From positions 13,197 to 77,196 of the forward strand of contig JACPGX010000001.1 of the NCBI GenBank assembly GCA_016188865.1: a stretch of 64,000 nt of DNA. The letters run 5' to 3'. The stretch's first letter is position 1. Every line of letters starts with the position of its first letter. The DNA is from Candidatus Nealsonbacteria bacterium (lineage in GTDB: Bacteria; Patescibacteriota; Minisyncoccia; Minisyncoccales; MHMH01). The notes under the pieces were generated by a model, which saw only the letters and a list, made by a program, of their open reading frames with translations, was not told where the DNA came from and did no database searches. The position numbers and the translations under genes are program-made. Below, piece after piece: positions 63,496-64,000 of the stretch.

Positions 63496-64000
63496 ATGTT
63501 TAAGTCAATCCGACATTATTTACTGGGAAAAACTCTGGCAATCAGAGAGACTGCCGAAGAAAAACTAACCAACTTCCAGGCATTGGCGATTTTTGGTTCA
63601 GACGCTCTTTCTTCAACGGCTTACGCTACGGAAGAAATCCTTTTAGTTTTAGCTTTGGCAGGCGCAATGGCATCGTCACATCTCTTGCCAATATCCTTAG
63701 CGATTGCCCTTTTAATACTTATGGTGGCTTTTTCTTATCGGGAAATTATTTATGCCTATCCCCAGGGAGGCGGAGTTTATAATGTTGCTAAAGAAAATTT
63801 AGGCGAAACTCCCGGGCTTATTGGAGCTTCAAGTTTAGTCTTTGATTACATACTAACTGTTACTGTATCGGTTGCAGCCGGAGTTGCGGCAATAACTTCC
63901 GCTTTTCCGTCATTATACCCATACAGAATCCTAATGGGCTTGCTGGTTATTTTATTTTTAATGTGGATTAACCTGAAGGGAGTCAGATCATCCGGAAGAA
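63496..64000 (+). CDS. APC-superfamily amino-acid/cation permease, C-terminus outside window
   Basis: Not in ORF track (truncated). ATG 63496: MFKSIRHYLLGKTLAIRETAEEKLTNFQALAIFGSDALSSTAYATEEIL.. multiple TMs. Confidence 0.7.
   Translation, partial: MFKSIRHYLLGKTLAIRETAEEKLTNFQALAIFGSDALSSTAYATEEILLVLALAGAMASSHLLPISLAIALLILMVAFSYREIIYAYPQGGGVYNVAKENLGETPGLIGASSLVFDYILTVTVSVAAGVAAITSAFPSLYPYRILMGLLVILFLMWINLKGVRSSGR

Noticed and set aside
1-64000. CRISPR arrays, prophage, toxin-antitoxin, restriction-modification or known defence operons
   Set aside because: I scanned both strands by eye. No spacer-repeat arrays, integrases, capsid or terminase genes, or recognisable defence signatures were seen. 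Absence cannot be proven without HMM searches.

Overview
This is a 64-kb chromosomal segment from an AT-rich, small-genome bacterium. I infer a Candidate Phyla Radiation (Patescibacteria)-like organism from these traits: the 16S gene is split by two insertions, one encoding a LAGLIDADG endonuclease; 16S plus tRNA-Ile is not followed by a 23S; EF-Ts is short; FBP aldolase/phosphatase is the archaeal type; and enzymes are compact and often overlap. Most of the window is ordinary housekeeping, mainly on the minus strand. It includes rpsB-tsf, pyrH-like/rpmE/prfA, a glycolysis/gluconeogenesis set (fbp, ppsA, acs, gap, gpmA, eno), trxB, nnrD, galU, ftsZ, ychF, xseAB, rarA, a UvrD-type helicase-nuclease, and hrcA-grpE-dnaK-dnaJ with a CIRCE operator. 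The accessory or unusual content is as follows. (1) A visibly GC-richer island (~27.7-42.5 kb) carries canonical Shine-Dalgarno sites. It holds a Nudix/CYTH/Udk-CYTH operon. Divergent from that is a five-gene operon encoding a DUF1257+DUF2997-like protein, a mini-protein, a Ycf46-like AAA+ ATPase, a vWA protein and an orphan. The island also carries a NadE-NMNAT fusion, a second vWA paralogue with the same KKKPGRI tail, and a pyruvate-kinase-like/PurA-like pair. (2) At two loci a tRNA-like gene is interrupted by an insertion that carries an intact tRNA of the same anticodon (Thr-UGU; Lys-UUU plus a GIY-YIG nuclease). The two insertions share end motifs. (3) There are three diverged HUH/Y1 (IS200/RayT-like) transposase genes. 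Each has its own hairpin repeat at the gene flanks and again inside the ORF. (4) Two structured RNA candidates are each bounded by a promoter and a terminator. (5) The 16S 3' end lacks CCUCC, and several housekeeping genes have leaderless-type promoters. No CRISPR array, prophage or recognised defence system was seen. All functional calls rest on reading motifs by eye; no searches were run.
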